The position numbers and the translations under genes were made by a program. Below, in pieces: positions 6,598 through 6,979 of a DNA stretch of 6,979 nt (its first letter is position 1; each line of letters opens with the position of its first letter). The notes below the pieces were generated by a model. It was not told where the DNA came from. It did not search any database and saw only the letters and a program-made list of their open reading frames with translations. The stretch spans positions 1 to 6,979 of the forward strand of contig JACAFS010000049.1 in the NCBI GenBank assembly GCA_013378385.1, given 5' to 3'. The stretch comes from Nitrososphaerota archaeon (lineage in GTDB: Archaea > Thermoproteota > Nitrososphaeria > Nitrososphaerales > UBA57).

Positions 6598-6627
6598 ATT
6601 ATCGAAAATTTAAGATTTAATTCACAA
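6598..6627 (-). promoter_or_regulatory. Candidate sigma70-type promoter for the four-gene operon (TTGTGA-N18-GATAAT), with an A8 tract upstream
   Basis: On the minus strand, TTGTGA (6627..6622) is followed by an 18-nt spacer and GATAAT (6603..6598). An A8 run (6645..6638) lies 11-18 nt upstream of the -35 box, in an UP-element-like position. This is pattern match only, in AT-rich DNA where such hexamers arise by chance. The host's promoter consensus is unknown. Confidence 0.3.
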
Positions 6628-6709
6628 TGTCCCTATCTTTTTTTTGGCATCTAAACATTAATTAATACAACCTTAAAAGAGAAGCTTTATAGATCACACG
6701 GTATATATA

Positions 6710-6767
6710 TACCCCTATCGTTATATGCGGGAAGTACCCCTGGGCCGTGCCCCTATAAATGCCCCTA
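6710..6767 (-). repeat. Periodic short direct-repeat array: four AGGGG cores (2x TAGGGGCA, 2x AGGGGTA) on the minus strand
   Basis: CCCCT occurs on the plus strand at 6712..6716, 6737..6741, 6750..6754 and 6762..6766. On the minus strand, TAGGGGCA lies at 6767..6760 and 6755..6748 (12-nt period), and AGGGGTA lies at 6741..6735 and 6716..6710. Core spacings are 12, 13 and 25 nt. The array is G/C-rich in otherwise very AT-rich intergenic DNA and abuts the perfect palindrome GTATATATATAC (6701..6712). Confidence 0.5.
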
Positions 6768-6832
6768 ATTTGTGACTTTAATTGAATACTTATGACAAAG
6801 GATGAACTACATCAGGTATAAAGTAAAGGTCC

Positions 6833-6871
6833 ATAAAAATAGAAGAGCCCCGTCCTAAAACAGGGCTCTCC
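6833..6871 (-). terminator. Rho-independent terminator downstream of tRNA-Pro
   Basis: The minus strand reads GGAGAGCCCTG-TTTTAGGA-CGGGGCTCTTC followed by TATTTTTAT. This gives a GC-rich stem (7 perfect bp AGAGCCC/GGGCTCT, extendable with G-C and G.U pairs), an 8-nt loop and a T-rich tail. The hairpin begins 17 nt after the tRNA 3' end. Confidence 0.65.
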
Positions 6872-6888
6872 GTCAGACATACATGTTG

Positions 6889-6963
6889 TCGGGGTGAGAG
6901 GATTCGAACCTCCGACCTCCTGCTCCCAAAGCAGGCGCGCTAACCGGGCTACGCTACACCCCG
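6889..6963 (-). tRNA. tRNA-Pro (anticodon UGG), CCA not encoded
   Basis: The minus-strand sequence CGGGGTG-TA-GCGT-AGCCCGGTTA-GCGC-G-CCTGC-TTTGGGA-GCAGG-AGGTC-GGAGG-TTCGAAT-CCTCT-CACCCCG-A folds as a canonical cloverleaf. It has a 7-bp acceptor stem, a 4-bp D stem, and a 5-bp anticodon stem whose loop TT-TGG-GA places TGG at positions 34-36. It also has a 5-nt variable loop, a T arm with the GTTCGAAT motif, and discriminator A. Confidence 0.93.
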
Positions 6964-6979
6964 AAATTCTTTTATCTTG

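Noticed and set aside
6588-6645. Homopolymer tracts (A8 at 6645..6638; A-run before the first ATG at 6594..6588) as phase-variation switches
   Set aside because: Both lie outside coding sequence, and runs of this length are common in AT-rich intergenic DNA. Without population or read-level length variation, there is no support for slipped-strand regulation.
6701-6770. CRISPR array, known riboswitch (e.g. c-di-GMP class) or canonical G-quadruplex in the G-tract region
   Set aside because: The repeats are only 7-8 nt with 4-18-nt gaps, far too short for CRISPR. I could not match the conserved cores of riboswitch classes I know. The loop lengths (8, 9, 21 nt) violate the canonical G3+N1-7 G4 definition. 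It is retained only as an unexplained periodic repeat.
6725-6775. Tiny plus-strand ORF (ATG 6725, 16 codons, MREVPLGRAPINAPNL) spanning the CCCCT repeats, and other peptides of 22 aa or fewer in the spacer
   Set aside because: They are too short, have no SD sequence, and their Pro codons are just a by-product of the CCCCT repeats. No evidence distinguishes them from chance.
6828-6979. tRNA-Pro as an integration site marking the operon as a genomic island
   Set aside because: The window has no integrase, no duplicated copy of the tRNA 3' end (attL/attR-like direct repeat) and no visible compositional break. The tRNA has its own terminator and is simply the upstream neighbour.

Overview
AT-rich bacterial window with no recognisable mobile, CRISPR or defence content. 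Every supported feature is on the minus strand. Reading 5'->3' on that strand, the order is as follows. (1) A tRNA-Pro(UGG) gene at 6889..6963, followed by its own rho-independent terminator. (2) A ~300-bp non-coding spacer holding a periodic AGGGG/CCCCT short-repeat array, a 12-nt TA palindrome, an A8 tract and a sigma70-like promoter candidate. (3) Four tightly packed genes with junctions of 3 nt, a 4-nt ATGA overlap, and 19 nt, all encoding exported or envelope proteins. These are a small LPP20-like lipoprotein (189 aa), a 433-aa multidomain LPP20-like lipoprotein, and an 857-aa protein. The 857-aa protein carries a short CsgG/FlgO/TolB-N-like alpha/beta domain, about six PEGA repeats, a weakly hydrophobic helical hairpin and C-terminal SH3b-like domain(s). 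The fourth gene is a long ORF that the supplied ORF track omits because it runs off the window edge (2124 down to 1, 708 codons, no stop). It encodes a lipoprotein with about four FN3-like repeats and a right-handed beta-helix domain. The most interesting interpretation is a candidate undescribed envelope assembly, anchoring or export module, with LPP20/FlgP-like plus CsgG/FlgO-like parts found outside any flagellar, curli or holdfast context and a possible FN3/beta-helix surface cargo. All domain calls come from motif recognition by eye, since no database search was possible. Function and taxon remain unassigned.
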